Source: Actinomycetota bacterium
GTDB taxonomy: Bacteria; Actinomycetota; UBA4738; HRBIN12
NCBI GenBank assembly: GCA_046330185.1
Contig: JAXLTF010000015.1
Coordinates: forward strand, 7,224-71,223
Direction of reading: 5' to 3'
Length of the DNA stretch: 64,000 nucleotides
Shown here: piece by piece, positions 9,261-18,310 of the stretch
How positions within the stretch are numbered: the first letter of the stretch is position 1
How the letters are laid out: each line of letters begins with the position of its first letter
Translations under genes and position numbers: made by a program
The notes under the pieces: model-generated
What the model was told of the DNA's origin: nothing
The model's database searches: none
The model's input: only the letters and a program-made list of their open reading frames with translations

Positions 9261-9355
9261 GGGTGGGACCGTAGGCGGCTCCCCTCGGGGACGCAACCTC
9301 CGGAACCTCCCGCCGGACCCCTCGCCCGCATACCATCCGGGCGGAGGGGGCGCGG

Positions 9356-9949
9356 ATGCGGCGGCGGAGGTCGGATCTGGCATGGATCGCCGGAGGGCTC
9401 GTCGGGCTGGCGACCACGGGCTGGCTGGCCTCGGGTGGGACGGCGTCCGAGCCCGAGCGGGTCGTGTTCACGTGGTTCAACGGCGCGAGCGACTCGATCT
9501 ACCCCGTGGTGTGGCCGCTGATGCAGTACGGCACGTTCGTCACGATCCCGCTCGTGACCATCGCCACCCTCGTGCTCGGCCGAACGCGCCTGGCGGTCGA
9601 GCTCGCCTCGGCGGGCATCGCGGTCTACCTGCTCGCCAAGCTCGCGAAGGCGATCTGGGTTCGCGATCGACCCGGGCGGGTGCTCGAGGAGGTCCAGCTG
9701 CGCGGCGTCGGGGCGGGGGAGCACGGGTTCCCGTCCGGCCACGCGGCGGTGTCCGCGGCGATCGCGTTCATCCTGTTCGCCTTCCTGCCGCGGCGCTGGC
9801 GTTGGGTGCCGGTGGCGCTGGCGGTGGTCGTCTCGCTCGGCCGGCTGTACGTCGGCGCCCACCTGCCGCTCGACGTCGTCGGGGGCGCCTGCCTCGGGCT
9901 GGTGGCGGGCGCCGTCGCGACCTACGCGGGCGGCGTGCCCGGGCGATGA
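9356..9949 (+). CDS. PAP2-family membrane phosphatase (paralog B)
   Basis: 197 aa. KLAKAIWVRDRPG, PSGH, LGRLYVGAHLPLDVVGG. Collinear similarity to paralog A (SEPERVVFTWFN vs SDPERSVFEAIN; RTRLAV vs RPRLAV). Confidence 0.8.
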   Translation: MRRRRSDLAWIAGGLVGLATTGWLASGGTASEPERVVFTWFNGASDSIYPVVWPLMQYGTFVTIPLVTIATLVLGRTRLAVELASAGIAVYLLAKLAKAIWVRDRPGRVLEEVQLRGVGAGEHGFPSGHAAVSAAIAFILFAFLPRRWRWVPVALAVVVSLGRLYVGAHLPLDVVGGACLGLVAGAVATYAGGVPGR

Positions 9950-9957
9950 ACGATACG

Positions 9958-9996
9958 GGGGCTCCCGGCGCCACAGGTCGTCGCATCGGGAGCCCC
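9958..9996 (+). terminator. Stem-loop downstream of PAP2-B (possible terminator or RNA structure)
   Basis: ggggctcccg (9958-9967) pairs perfectly with cgggagcccc (9987-9996), with a 19-nt loop. It starts 9 nt after the stop codon. No U-tract follows. Confidence 0.3.
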
Positions 9997-10098
9997 AGGA
10001 CGCCAGCGGACGAATCCCACTAGAACGGTGGACTTTAGGTCCGGGGCGACGGTACCCTGGTGAGGTCCGCACCACCGCGCGCACCCAGGGGAGTCGCC

Positions 10099-11511
10099 GT
10101 GGCCGTCACCCAGGAAGAACACCTCCGCGAGCTCAGCAAGGGCTATCGCTTCGACTGGAAGGATCCGTCTCACGCGGTCTTCGAGCCGAAGAAGGGGCTC
10201 TCGGCATCGGTCGTGGAGGAGATCAGCGCCCTCAAGGGGGAGCCCGACTGGATGCGGAGGTTCCGCCTGAAGAGCCTCAAGCACTTCGAGGCGCGCCCCA
10301 TGCCCTGGTGGGGCGCCGACCTGTCCGAGATCGACTTCCAGGACATCTACTACTTCATCCGCTCGACGGAGGAGCAGGCGAGCACCTGGGACGACCTCCC
10401 CGAGGACATCAGGGGCACGTGGGACAGGCTCGGGATCCCCGAGGCCGAGAAGAAGTACCTCGGTGGCGTGAGCGCGCAGTACGAGTCCGAGGTCGTGTAC
10501 CACAAGATCAAGCAGGAGCTGGACGACATCGGGGTCGTGTTCATGGACATGGACTCCGCCCTCCGCGAGCACCCCGATCTGGTCAAGGAGTACTTCGGCA
10601 CGCTGATCCCGCCGAACGACAACAAGTTCGCCGCGCTGAACTCCGCCGTGTGGTCCGGGGGCTCGTTCATCTACGTGCCTCCCGGCGTGAACGTCGACAT
10701 CCCGCTGCAGGCGTACTTCCGCATCAATCAGGAGAACATGGGCCAGTTCGAGCGGACGCTGATCATCGCCGACGAGGGCAGCTATGTGCACTACGTGGAG
10801 GGATGCTCGGCTCCCATCTACTCGAGCGACTCGCTGCATTCCGCGGTCGTCGAGATCATCGCGAAGAGGGGTTCGCGCGTCCGCTATACGACGATCCAGA
10901 ACTGGTCGACCAACGTCTACAACCTCGTCACGAAGCGCGCGGCCGCGTACGAGGACGCGGTGATGGAATGGGTCGACGGCAACATCGGCTCCAAGGTCAC
11001 GATGAAGTACCCGTCGATCTACCTGCTCGGCAAGGGCGCACGGGGTGAGGTCCTGTCCGTCGCGTTCGCCGGCAAGGGCATGCACACGGATGCCGGCGGG
11101 AAGGCGATCCATGCCGCGCCGTACACGACCAGCGTGATCACCTCGAAGTCGGTCTCGAAGGACGGCGGGCGGACGGGGTACCGCGGGCTGGTGCGGGTGG
11201 AGCCCGACGCGCATCACGCGAAGAGCAACGTGCGGTGCGATGCGCTGATCCTGGACGAGGAGAGCCGCTCGGACACGTACCCCTACATCGAGGTCGAGGA
11301 CGAGACGGCGGCGCTCGGTCACGAGGCCACGGTCTCGAAGGTCGGGGAGGATCAGCTCTTCTACCTGATGAGCCGCGGCCTCTCGGAGGTCGAGGCGACC
11401 GCGATGATCGTGAACGGGTTCATCGAGCCGATCACGCGGGAGCTCCCGATGGAGTACGCGGTCGAGCTGAACCGCCTCATCGAGCTGCAGATGGAGGGCT
11501 CGGTAGGGTAG
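10099..11511 (+). CDS. sufB: Fe-S cluster assembly protein SufB
   Basis: ORF 10060..11511. The likely GTG start at 10099 is preceded by gggga. The conserved SufB sequence runs throughout (...[23 protein letters not shown]..., ...[25 protein letters not shown]...). Confidence 0.95.
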   Translation: MAVTQEEHLRELSKGYRFDWKDPSHAVFEPKKGLSASVVEEISALKGEPDWMRRFRLKSLKHFEARPMPWWGADLSEIDFQDIYYFIRSTEEQASTWDDLPEDIRGTWDRLGIPEAEKKYLGGVSAQYESEVVYHKIKQELDDIGVVFMDMDSALREHPDLVKEYFGTLIPPNDNKFAALNSAVWSGGSFIYVPPGVNVDIPLQAYFRINQENMGQFERTLIIADEGSYVHYVEGCSAPIYSSDSLHSAVVEIIAKRGSRVRYTTIQNWSTNVYNLVTKRAAAYEDAVMEWVDGNIGSKVTMKYPSIYLLGKGARGEVLSVAFAGKGMHTDAGGKAIHAAPYTTSVITSKSVSKDGGRTGYRGLVRVEPDAHHAKSNVRCDALILDEESRSDTYPYIEVEDETAALGHEATVSKVGEDQLFYLMSRGLSEVEATAMIVNGFIEPITRELPMEYAVELNRLIELQMEGSVG

Positions 11512-11611
11512 GTGGCGCCTTCCCCAGCACGCGTCTCCCCACGATCACCGCGGAAGCTCCATCGGACCACCTCATCCTCGCTACCGCCGGCCCATACACT
11601 CTGGCGAGGTC

Positions 11612-13066
11612 ATGCCGATGCTTCATCGGTGGGCGTTCGGCCGCCGGGTCGCGTCCAGATCGATCTTCGAGGGCTGCGGTGAAGACAGCGTGATGGCTGA
11701 GGGCGCGGTGCGTGCGCGAGGCAGCGGTGGGCGCGGGCTGGATGTCGGCTACGTGCCGGTCGGCACGGCGCGGCGACGCTACCTCCCGCCGGGCTGGCCG
11801 GTATACGCCCTCTTCGCGGGGTTCCCGGTCTGGTGGATCCTCGGCCTCGGCGGACTGATCTGGCCGGTCCTCGCGGTCCCGATGGCGATCTGGCTGTTCC
11901 GACTCCCCGTCGTGCGAGCACCCAAGGGCTTCACGATCTGGGTGGCGTTCATGATCTGGATGATCGGATCAGGCACCCAGATCGACAACTCGATCCGCTA
12001 CGTTGCGTTCACCTACCGGGTCTCCCTCTACGCCTCTGCGACCATCGTCTTGCTCTATATCTTCAACCTCTCGCGCGAGGCTCTTCCCACCCGAGCCGTG
12101 ATCGGCTTGATGGCTGTGTTCTGGATGTACGTCGTGGCCGGCGGGTTCATGGGTGTCCTGGCCCCCACCTGGGAATTCAAGAGCCCCGTCGAATACGTGA
12201 TGCCGCAGGCGTTGATATCCGACGAGTTCGTGCACGATCTGGTTCACCCGGCGTCTTCGCAGATACAGGACGTGCTGGGCTATGAGCAGCCTCGTCCGAA
12301 AGCGCCGTTCGTGTATGCGACGAACTGGGGGTCGGCGTTCAGCCTCCTGACGCCATTCGTGATCCTCGGGTGGATGTACGCGAGGTCGCGCGCCTGGAAG
12401 ATCCTGACGGCGCTCATGTTCGTGGCGGCCATCGTCCCGGTGGTCGTGTCTCTCGATCGCGGGCTATGGCTCAGCCTGGGGGTGGGGATCGTCTACGCGG
12501 CGATCCGCCTGGCGCTCGGGGGTCGCACGCGTGCCCTCCGGGCGATCTTGATATTGATCCCTACGATGCTCGGTTTGGTGTACCTGACGCCGCTACGGGG
12601 GGTCGTTCAGGAGCGGTTCGCGCACCCGCACAGCAACGAACGGCGCCTCAGCCTGTACCAGGAAGCGATCGACAACGTCAAGAGCTCACCTCTGCTGGGC
12701 TTCGGCGGACCTCGTCCGTCGGAGGAGAACTCCGACGCCCCCTCCGTGGGCACTCAGGGCCAGTTCTGGCTGGTCCTGTTCTCGCACGGGATACCCGGCG
12801 CGGTGTTCTTCGTGTGGTGGCTCATGTACCAAGCCTGGAGGTTCCGCGCGTCGGCGCCACCCGTGCCCTTCTGGTGCCACGTACTTATCGTGATGGCACT
12901 CGTGCAGCTGCCCGTATACGGGTGGCTGCCAGCGCCGATGATCGTGATCGTCGTAGGGGTGGCGATCGCTGCGCGTGAGGTGCTCGATCCGACGCCCGTG
13001 GGGGACCTAGCACAGGCGGTCGGGCCGCGACCACGTGCGCGGCCGATGGGATGGGCCACGTCATGA
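11612..13066 (+). CDS. O-antigen ligase/polymerase-like (Wzy_C-type) polytopic membrane protein
   Basis: 484-aa ORF; the start is uncertain (11612 or ATG 11693). Ten or more hydrophobic segments. Wzy_C-like stretch SLDRGLWLSLGVGIVYAAIRLAL and ...GTQGQFWLVLFSHGIPGAVFFVWWL. Visibly less GC-rich than its neighbours around 11.9-12.4 kb. Confidence 0.65.
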   Translation: MPMLHRWAFGRRVASRSIFEGCGEDSVMAEGAVRARGSGGRGLDVGYVPVGTARRRYLPPGWPVYALFAGFPVWWILGLGGLIWPVLAVPMAIWLFRLPVVRAPKGFTIWVAFMIWMIGSGTQIDNSIRYVAFTYRVSLYASATIVLLYIFNLSREALPTRAVIGLMAVFWMYVVAGGFMGVLAPTWEFKSPVEYVMPQALISDEFVHDLVHPASSQIQDVLGYEQPRPKAPFVYATNWGSAFSLLTPFVILGWMYARSRAWKILTALMFVAAIVPVVVSLDRGLWLSLGVGIVYAAIRLALGGRTRALRAILILIPTMLGLVYLTPLRGVVQERFAHPHSNERRLSLYQEAIDNVKSSPLLGFGGPRPSEENSDAPSVGTQGQFWLVLFSHGIPGAVFFVWWLMYQAWRFRASAPPVPFWCHVLIVMALVQLPVYGWLPAPMIVIVVGVAIAAREVLDPTPVGDLAQAVGPRPRARPMGWATS

Positions 13067-13689
13067 GCGGAACCGACCTCTCCACCGCGACGGTGGATCC
13101 CGCGGCGCCCATCGGAGGGAGCGAGATCCGAGCGTACGCGGACGCTCCCAATCGGCTCGTCGGTTATCTCGTGGACGCCACCTTGCTGACGGTGCTCTCG
13201 TTCCTCGGGGCGATCGTGATCTCCCTGTCGTTCGGCCCCGTCGTCACGGTCGACATCGGCGCGGCCTCGCAGGTTGCGGTCGATCGCGAGCTCGCGCTCG
13301 CGAACGCGGTCCTGGGAACCGCCTTGAGCTTGGTCTACTTCGTGGTGAGCTGGCGATCGCTGGGGGGGTCTCCCGGACAGCGACTCCTCCGGATGCGTGT
13401 GTTCGGCCTAGACGGACCCGTGTCGCTCGGACGGTGGGTTCTCCGATGGGCGTTCCTGGGGATCCCTGTCGCGGTCGCAGGTGCGGTTAGCGCGGTCGCA
13501 CCGGGATGGGTGGTCCTGGTGACGACGATCTTCATCGGGATCTGGTTCGCGCTCCTGCTCGCCTCGATCGCTCGAAGCGACACGAAGCAGGGCTGGCTCG
13601 ATCGCGCCGTTCGGACCATCGTGGTCAAGGAGGCCCGGTCGGTGCCGACTGCCGAACCCGTGGAGGGGTCCGGGGCGCGTGTTCACTGA
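13063..13689 (+). CDS. RDD-family membrane protein
   Basis: The ATG at 13063 makes an ATGA overlap with the upstream stop (13064-13066). YADAPNRLVGYLVDATLL... and GGSPGQRLLRMRVFGLDG are RDD-domain hallmarks. Three TM segments. Confidence 0.75.
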   Translation: MSGTDLSTATVDPAAPIGGSEIRAYADAPNRLVGYLVDATLLTVLSFLGAIVISLSFGPVVTVDIGAASQVAVDRELALANAVLGTALSLVYFVVSWRSLGGSPGQRLLRMRVFGLDGPVSLGRWVLRWAFLGIPVAVAGAVSAVAPGWVVLVTTIFIGIWFALLLASIARSDTKQGWLDRAVRTIVVKEARSVPTAEPVEGSGARVH

Positions 13690-15382
13690 CGCGCGCGCGG
13701 TGGCGACCGGCAGCAGGGTTGCCGTGGACATATGCGTCATCGGGGCGGGCGCCGCCGGCATAACGCTCGGCCGAGAGTTCGATGGCGGCTCGACACGGGT
13801 CGCGTTACTCGAGAGCGGGGGGCTCGAGTACGAGCCCGAGACCCAGGCTCTCTACGGCGGCGAGGTCAGCGGTCTCCCGTACTTCCCGCTCGATACGCCG
13901 CGACTGCGTTTCTTCGGGGGGACCACGAACCACTGGGCCGGCGTCTGCCGGCCGTTCGATCAAGTGGACTTCGAGACGATCGACTGGATCCCCTACAGCG
14001 GGTGGCCGGTTGGGAGGTCCGAGATGGACCCCTACGTCGTGCGCGCCCAGGAGATCGTGCACCTGACCTCTTCGTCCTGGGACACCCAGCACTGGGCCGA
14101 GCTGGACGATGCGGAACCGCTGCCCCTGGAGGGAGGGCGTGTCCTGACCCGGGTCGACCAGATCGTCCCACCCGATCAACGGAGGTTCGCGGCCGTCTAC
14201 GGAGACGAACTGAGATCGTCCGACAACGTCACGGTCTTCCTCCACGCCAACGTGACGGAGATCGGTTTGGACGCGAGCGGCTCGACCGTGACCGAGCTGT
14301 CGGTGGCGACCCTGTCCGGGAACCGGTTCGCCGTCGTTCCACGCGTGGTCGTCCTGGCCGTCGGCGGCATCGACAACCCTCGGCTCCTCCTCGCCTCCAG
14401 ATCGCGCTTCCCGAACGGGATCGGCAACGCCCACGACCTCGTCGGGAGGTTCTTCCTCGAGCATCCGCGGTTCCTGGCTGGTGTCCTTGCGCCTTCGGAC
14501 CCGAACCTGTCGATCTCGTTCTATCGCGAGCATGCGGTCGAGGGCACGATCATCCACCCCCGGCTCGCGCTCTCTCGCGAGACACAGGCCGACGAGCGCA
14601 TCTCGGACGTGCAGGTCCGGCTCGATCCCCTGCTGGCCCCCGCGTGGGAGCAGGCGATCGGCTCGCCCGACATCGCCACGCTGAAGGCGCTGCGTTCAGC
14701 GCTCCGTGGCGACGGTTCCGGCAACATCGGGCGGGATCTCGCCAGCGTGCTGTCGGACCTCATGACGTGGCACGAGATGACGGTTCCCGGCGCCCCGTTC
14801 CCCATCCCGTATCCGGAGGTGGTGGGGGAGTTGCTGCGATCGACGCCCGCGGACCGCCAGGCGCTGATCCCCGGGCTGCTCGGCGATGTCGCGGCGTACC
14901 TGTACGCGGAGATCGCGGAGGGGATCCCGCTCGACGGGATCCTCCTGACGGCCCGCCTCGACCCGGTCCCGAACCCGGATAGCCGTGTCCGTTTGATCGA
15001 CCAGCAGGACGAGCTGGGCGTCCCGATGACGGACCTGGACTGGCGGCTCAGTCCGGCTGATCGTCACAGCGTGGGCCGAACGATGGAGATCCTGGGGGCG
15101 GAGTTCGGAGCCGCGGGGCTCGGGCGGCTGAAGCTCGTGTTCGACGAGGATGCCGAGGAGTGGCCGGCCGACCTGGCCGGGGGCTTCCATCTGATGGGCA
15201 CCACGAGGATGCACGGCGACCCCCGGCGAGGTGTCGTCGATCGGAACCTCCGGGTGCACGGCGTGTCTAACCTCTACATCGCGGGCAGCAGCGTCTTCCC
15301 GACGGCGGGGTCGGGCAACCCGACGATGATGATCGTGGCGCTCGCGCTCCGGCTCGCGGAACGTCTGAGAGGAACTTCATGA
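13679..15382 (+). CDS. GMC-family FAD oxidoreductase
   Basis: 567 aa (alternative GTG start at 13700). N-terminal dinucleotide fold VDICVIGAGAAGITLGREF...ALLESGG. C-terminal GMC signature HLMGTTRMHGDPRRGVVDRNLRVHGVSNLYIAGSSVFPTAGSGNPTMMIVALALRLA. No signal peptide of its own. Confidence 0.85.
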   Translation: MFTDARAVATGSRVAVDICVIGAGAAGITLGREFDGGSTRVALLESGGLEYEPETQALYGGEVSGLPYFPLDTPRLRFFGGTTNHWAGVCRPFDQVDFETIDWIPYSGWPVGRSEMDPYVVRAQEIVHLTSSSWDTQHWAELDDAEPLPLEGGRVLTRVDQIVPPDQRRFAAVYGDELRSSDNVTVFLHANVTEIGLDASGSTVTELSVATLSGNRFAVVPRVVVLAVGGIDNPRLLLASRSRFPNGIGNAHDLVGRFFLEHPRFLAGVLAPSDPNLSISFYREHAVEGTIIHPRLALSRETQADERISDVQVRLDPLLAPAWEQAIGSPDIATLKALRSALRGDGSGNIGRDLASVLSDLMTWHEMTVPGAPFPIPYPEVVGELLRSTPADRQALIPGLLGDVAAYLYAEIAEGIPLDGILLTARLDPVPNPDSRVRLIDQQDELGVPMTDLDWRLSPADRHSVGRTMEILGAEFGAAGLGRLKLVFDEDAEEWPADLAGGFHLMGTTRMHGDPRRGVVDRNLRVHGVSNLYIAGSSVFPTAGSGNPTMMIVALALRLAERLRGTS

Positions 15383-15786
15383 GCCCTCGTTCCACGCGTC
15401 GCGGGTTCCTGGTCGCGGCGGGCGGCGCCGTCGCGGTGCTCGCCGTCCGCACGGGCCCCTGGAAGGCGCTGGTCGCCTATCGGAGCCCGTCGGACGCCGA
15501 GCGACTGGTGGGCATGCTGACGCATGTGGAGAGCGCGCGTGTCGTTGGCCGCGCATACCTCCGGGAAGTGTCTCGGAAGAGGTCTGTCGAGGGGCTCGTG
15601 GCGGAGATCGCCTCGGGTCTGCCCGGCGGCCGGAGCTCCGTGAGGGGGACGTCGGACGCCGACCTAAGGCGGATCGTGTCCGCGTCGATCCGAGGCGACT
15701 TCGCCCGCGAGGCGAACGTGACGGTTCAAGGGTGGATCCTGTCGGAGACCGAAGCTCGTCTCTGCGCCCTGGCCGCGCTCTTGTGA
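15379..15786 (+). CDS. Small Tat-signal protein, plausible partner subunit of the GMC oxidoreductase (gluconate-2-dehydrogenase subunit-3-like)
   Basis: ATGA overlap with the GMC stop. The N-terminus MSPRSTRRGFLVAAGGAVAVLAV is a twin-arginine motif (RRxFL) followed by a hydrophobic region. 135 aa. Confidence 0.55.
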   Translation: MSPRSTRRGFLVAAGGAVAVLAVRTGPWKALVAYRSPSDAERLVGMLTHVESARVVGRAYLREVSRKRSVEGLVAEIASGLPGGRSSVRGTSDADLRRIVSASIRGDFAREANVTVQGWILSETEARLCALAALL

Positions 15787-15848
15787 CCTGGACCGATGTC
15801 CGTCCGCGGGGGTCCTGAATCCGATCTGTCCGATAGACTTTGCGCGAT

Positions 15849-17174
15849 ATGAGCCAGCTCCCGGCCACGTCCGCCGTCGCGTCGCGCTTCGATGAGCGCG
15901 CCTTGGCCGATCTGCCGGAGGTCGCTGGGTTCACGGGCGGCGTTCGGCTCCACGCCCTGCGCTCGTTCGACGCCCTGCCGATCCCGCCCCAGGAGACGGA
16001 GGAGTGGCGATACACCGACCTGTCGGGATTCGAGCTCGACTTCGCGCCGTTCACGCCGGGCGGCGGACCCGAGGCGATGACCCGCCACGGCGTCCTACAG
16101 GCCGTCGGCGCCACCGGTGAGCGGGCGGCGCTCCAGGTGCAACGCAACTCCGAGGTGATCTCGACCCGGGCGGCCAAGAGCCTGACGGAGCGCGGGGTCC
16201 TGTTCGGGGACCTGGATGCGCTCGGTGCCACACATCCGGATCTCGTCGAGCCGAACCTCCACGCGCTGGTGCCCGTGGACCGGACGAAGTTCGTTGCGCT
16301 GCATGGTGCCTTCCGCACCGGGGGCACGTTCGTCTACGTCCCGGAAGGCGTCGAGGTCGAACTGCCCATCCAGACCCTGACCTACCTGGATGCCGATGGT
16401 GCGGCGATCTTCCCGCATACGTTGATCGTGGTCGAGGCCCACGCATCGGTCACCTTCATCGACCGGTACGTATCGCCGGATCTGACGCACGCGTTCGCGG
16501 ACGCGGTCACCGAGATCGTCGTAGGGGACGGCGCGCGGGTCCGCTATGCGGCGATCCAGGATTGGGGCCGCGGCGTCACCCACCTGGGGGTGCAGCGGGC
16601 ACGTGTGGGGCGCGACGCCGAGATCCGGACCCTGGCGCTCGGCTTCGGAGCCGACCTCGCGCGGTCGGAGACCGAGACGGTGCTCGCGGAGCCGGGCGGC
16701 TTCAGCGAGATGCTCGGGGTGTTCTTCGCCGCCGGGGACCAGCACTTCGACCACCGGACCGAGCAGGACCACGCCGCGCCCAACTGCACGAGCGACCTGT
16801 TGTATAAGGGCGCGCTGCGCGACCACAGCCGGGCGGTCTACAGCGGCTGGGTCCACGTCCGGCCGGACGCCCAGAAGACCGACGCCATGCAGACCAGCCG
16901 CAACATCGTCCTGTCCGAGCACGCGAAGGCCGACGCGATCCCGAACCTGGAGATCGAGGCGAACGACGTCCGCTGCGGGCACGCCGCGAGCGTCGGGCCG
17001 GTGGACGAGGAGGCGATCTTCTACCTGGAGTCGCGCGGGATCCCCCGGTCGGACGCCGAGCGATTGATCGTTACCGGGTTCTTCCAGGAGGTCCTCGACC
17101 GCGTCACGATCGCCGAGGTCCGCGAGGGGGCGGAGGCCGCGATAGCCGCCGAGCTGGCGGGCGGACCGCGGTGA
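15849..17174 (+). CDS. sufD: Fe-S cluster assembly protein SufD
   Basis: ATG at 15849 (the track ORF begins at TTG 15840). ...EEWRYTDL..., ...GTFVYVPEGVEVELPIQ..., ...FYLESRGIPRSDAERLIVTGFFQEVL are typical of SufD. Confidence 0.9.
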   Translation: MSQLPATSAVASRFDERALADLPEVAGFTGGVRLHALRSFDALPIPPQETEEWRYTDLSGFELDFAPFTPGGGPEAMTRHGVLQAVGATGERAALQVQRNSEVISTRAAKSLTERGVLFGDLDALGATHPDLVEPNLHALVPVDRTKFVALHGAFRTGGTFVYVPEGVEVELPIQTLTYLDADGAAIFPHTLIVVEAHASVTFIDRYVSPDLTHAFADAVTEIVVGDGARVRYAAIQDWGRGVTHLGVQRARVGRDAEIRTLALGFGADLARSETETVLAEPGGFSEMLGVFFAAGDQHFDHRTEQDHAAPNCTSDLLYKGALRDHSRAVYSGWVHVRPDAQKTDAMQTSRNIVLSEHAKADAIPNLEIEANDVRCGHAASVGPVDEEAIFYLESRGIPRSDAERLIVTGFFQEVLDRVTIAEVREGAEAAIAAELAGGPR

Positions 17175-17488
17175 TGGCGCTGGTCCGGGTGTGCTCGGTC
17201 GGTGACGTGCCGGAGGGCCAAGCGCGCCGGTTCCCGGTCGAGGGCAAGCTGGTCGCGGTGGCCAACCTGGGAGGGCTCGGCTTCCGCGCCGTGGACGCGA
17301 TCTGCTCGCACGCCCACTACTTCCTGGACGAGGGCGAGGTCGACGTCGACGAAGAGACGATCGAGTGTCCGAAGCACGGTTCCACGTTCGACCTCAATAC
17401 GGGCGCTCCGCGGAGCCTGCCGGCAACGCTGCCGGTCGCGGCGTACGCGGTGCGGACGGTGGGCGACGACATCCTGATCGAGGTGTGA
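17171..17488 (+). CDS. Rieske-type [2Fe-2S] ferredoxin-like protein (suf-associated)
   Basis: GTGA overlap with the sufD stop. Rieske ligands CSHAHYFL ... CPKHGSTF (CxH...CxxH). 105 aa. Confidence 0.85.
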   Translation: MMALVRVCSVGDVPEGQARRFPVEGKLVAVANLGGLGFRAVDAICSHAHYFLDEGEVDVDEETIECPKHGSTFDLNTGAPRSLPATLPVAAYAVRTVGDDILIEV

Positions 17489-17493
17489 GGCTG

Positions 17494-18300
17494 ATGAGCG
17501 AGTTGAACGGAGCGGCCACGCTCCAGGTCGTGGACCTCCACGCGGAGGTGGAGGGCAAGGAGATCCTCAAGGGGATCGAGCTGACCGTGAAGCAGGGCGA
17601 GACCCATGCGCTGATGGGTCCGAACGGCTCGGGGAAGTCGACCCTCTCGAACGTGATCATGGGCCGGCCCGGTTACGCGATCACGGCGGGCCGCGTGCTG
17701 TTCAACGGGGAGGACGTCACGACGCTGACCCCCGACGAGCGGGCGAAGCGCGGACTGTTCCTGGCGATGCAGTACCCGACCGAGGTCCCGGGCGTCTCCG
17801 TCGTGAACTTCCTCCGGACGGCGTACCAGGCGGTCAAGGGCGAGCCCATCAGCGCCCTAGCGTTCCGCCAGCACATGAAGGCCAAGATGGACCTCCTCGG
17901 CGTCGACGACTCGATGGTGCGGCGATACGTGAACCAGGGGTTCTCCGGCGGCGAGAAGAAGAAGAACGAGGTCCTGCAGCTCGCGGTGCTGGAGCCGCAG
18001 ATCGCGATCCTGGACGAGACCGACTCGGGGCTCGACATCGACTCCCTCAAGGCGGTGGCGACCGGCGTGGATCAGCTGGTCGGCCCAGATCTCGGGGTCC
18101 TGGTGATCACGCACTACCAGCGGATGCTGAACTACATCGCGCCCGACCACGTCCACGTGATGATGGCTGGTCGTATCGTGAGGTCCGGTGGACCGGAGCT
18201 CGCGGCCGAGCTCGAGGCGAAGGGTTACGAGGGGCTCCGCCGGGAGCTCGGCCTCGCCGAGGGAGCGGCCGACGAGGTCGGTTCGGAGGGCGAGGGGTGA
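17494..18300 (+). CDS. sufC: Fe-S cluster assembly ATPase SufC
   Basis: Inner ATG at 17494 of ORF 17365..18300. Walker A GPNGSGKST, signature FSGGEKKKNE, Walker B ILDETDSGLD. Confidence 0.95.
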   Translation: MSELNGAATLQVVDLHAEVEGKEILKGIELTVKQGETHALMGPNGSGKSTLSNVIMGRPGYAITAGRVLFNGEDVTTLTPDERAKRGLFLAMQYPTEVPGVSVVNFLRTAYQAVKGEPISALAFRQHMKAKMDLLGVDDSMVRRYVNQGFSGGEKKKNEVLQLAVLEPQIAILDETDSGLDIDSLKAVATGVDQLVGPDLGVLVITHYQRMLNYIAPDHVHVMMAGRIVRSGGPELAAELEAKGYEGLRRELGLAEGAADEVGSEGEG

Positions 18301-18310
18301 GGCGGCGAGG

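Noticed and set aside
9922-11322. 466-aa minus-strand ORF opposite sufB, and the similar long antisense ORFs opposite sufD, sufS, korB, the Calx-beta gene and fhs
   Set aside because: They are mirror-frame artefacts of high GC. The sense-strand genes are unambiguous.
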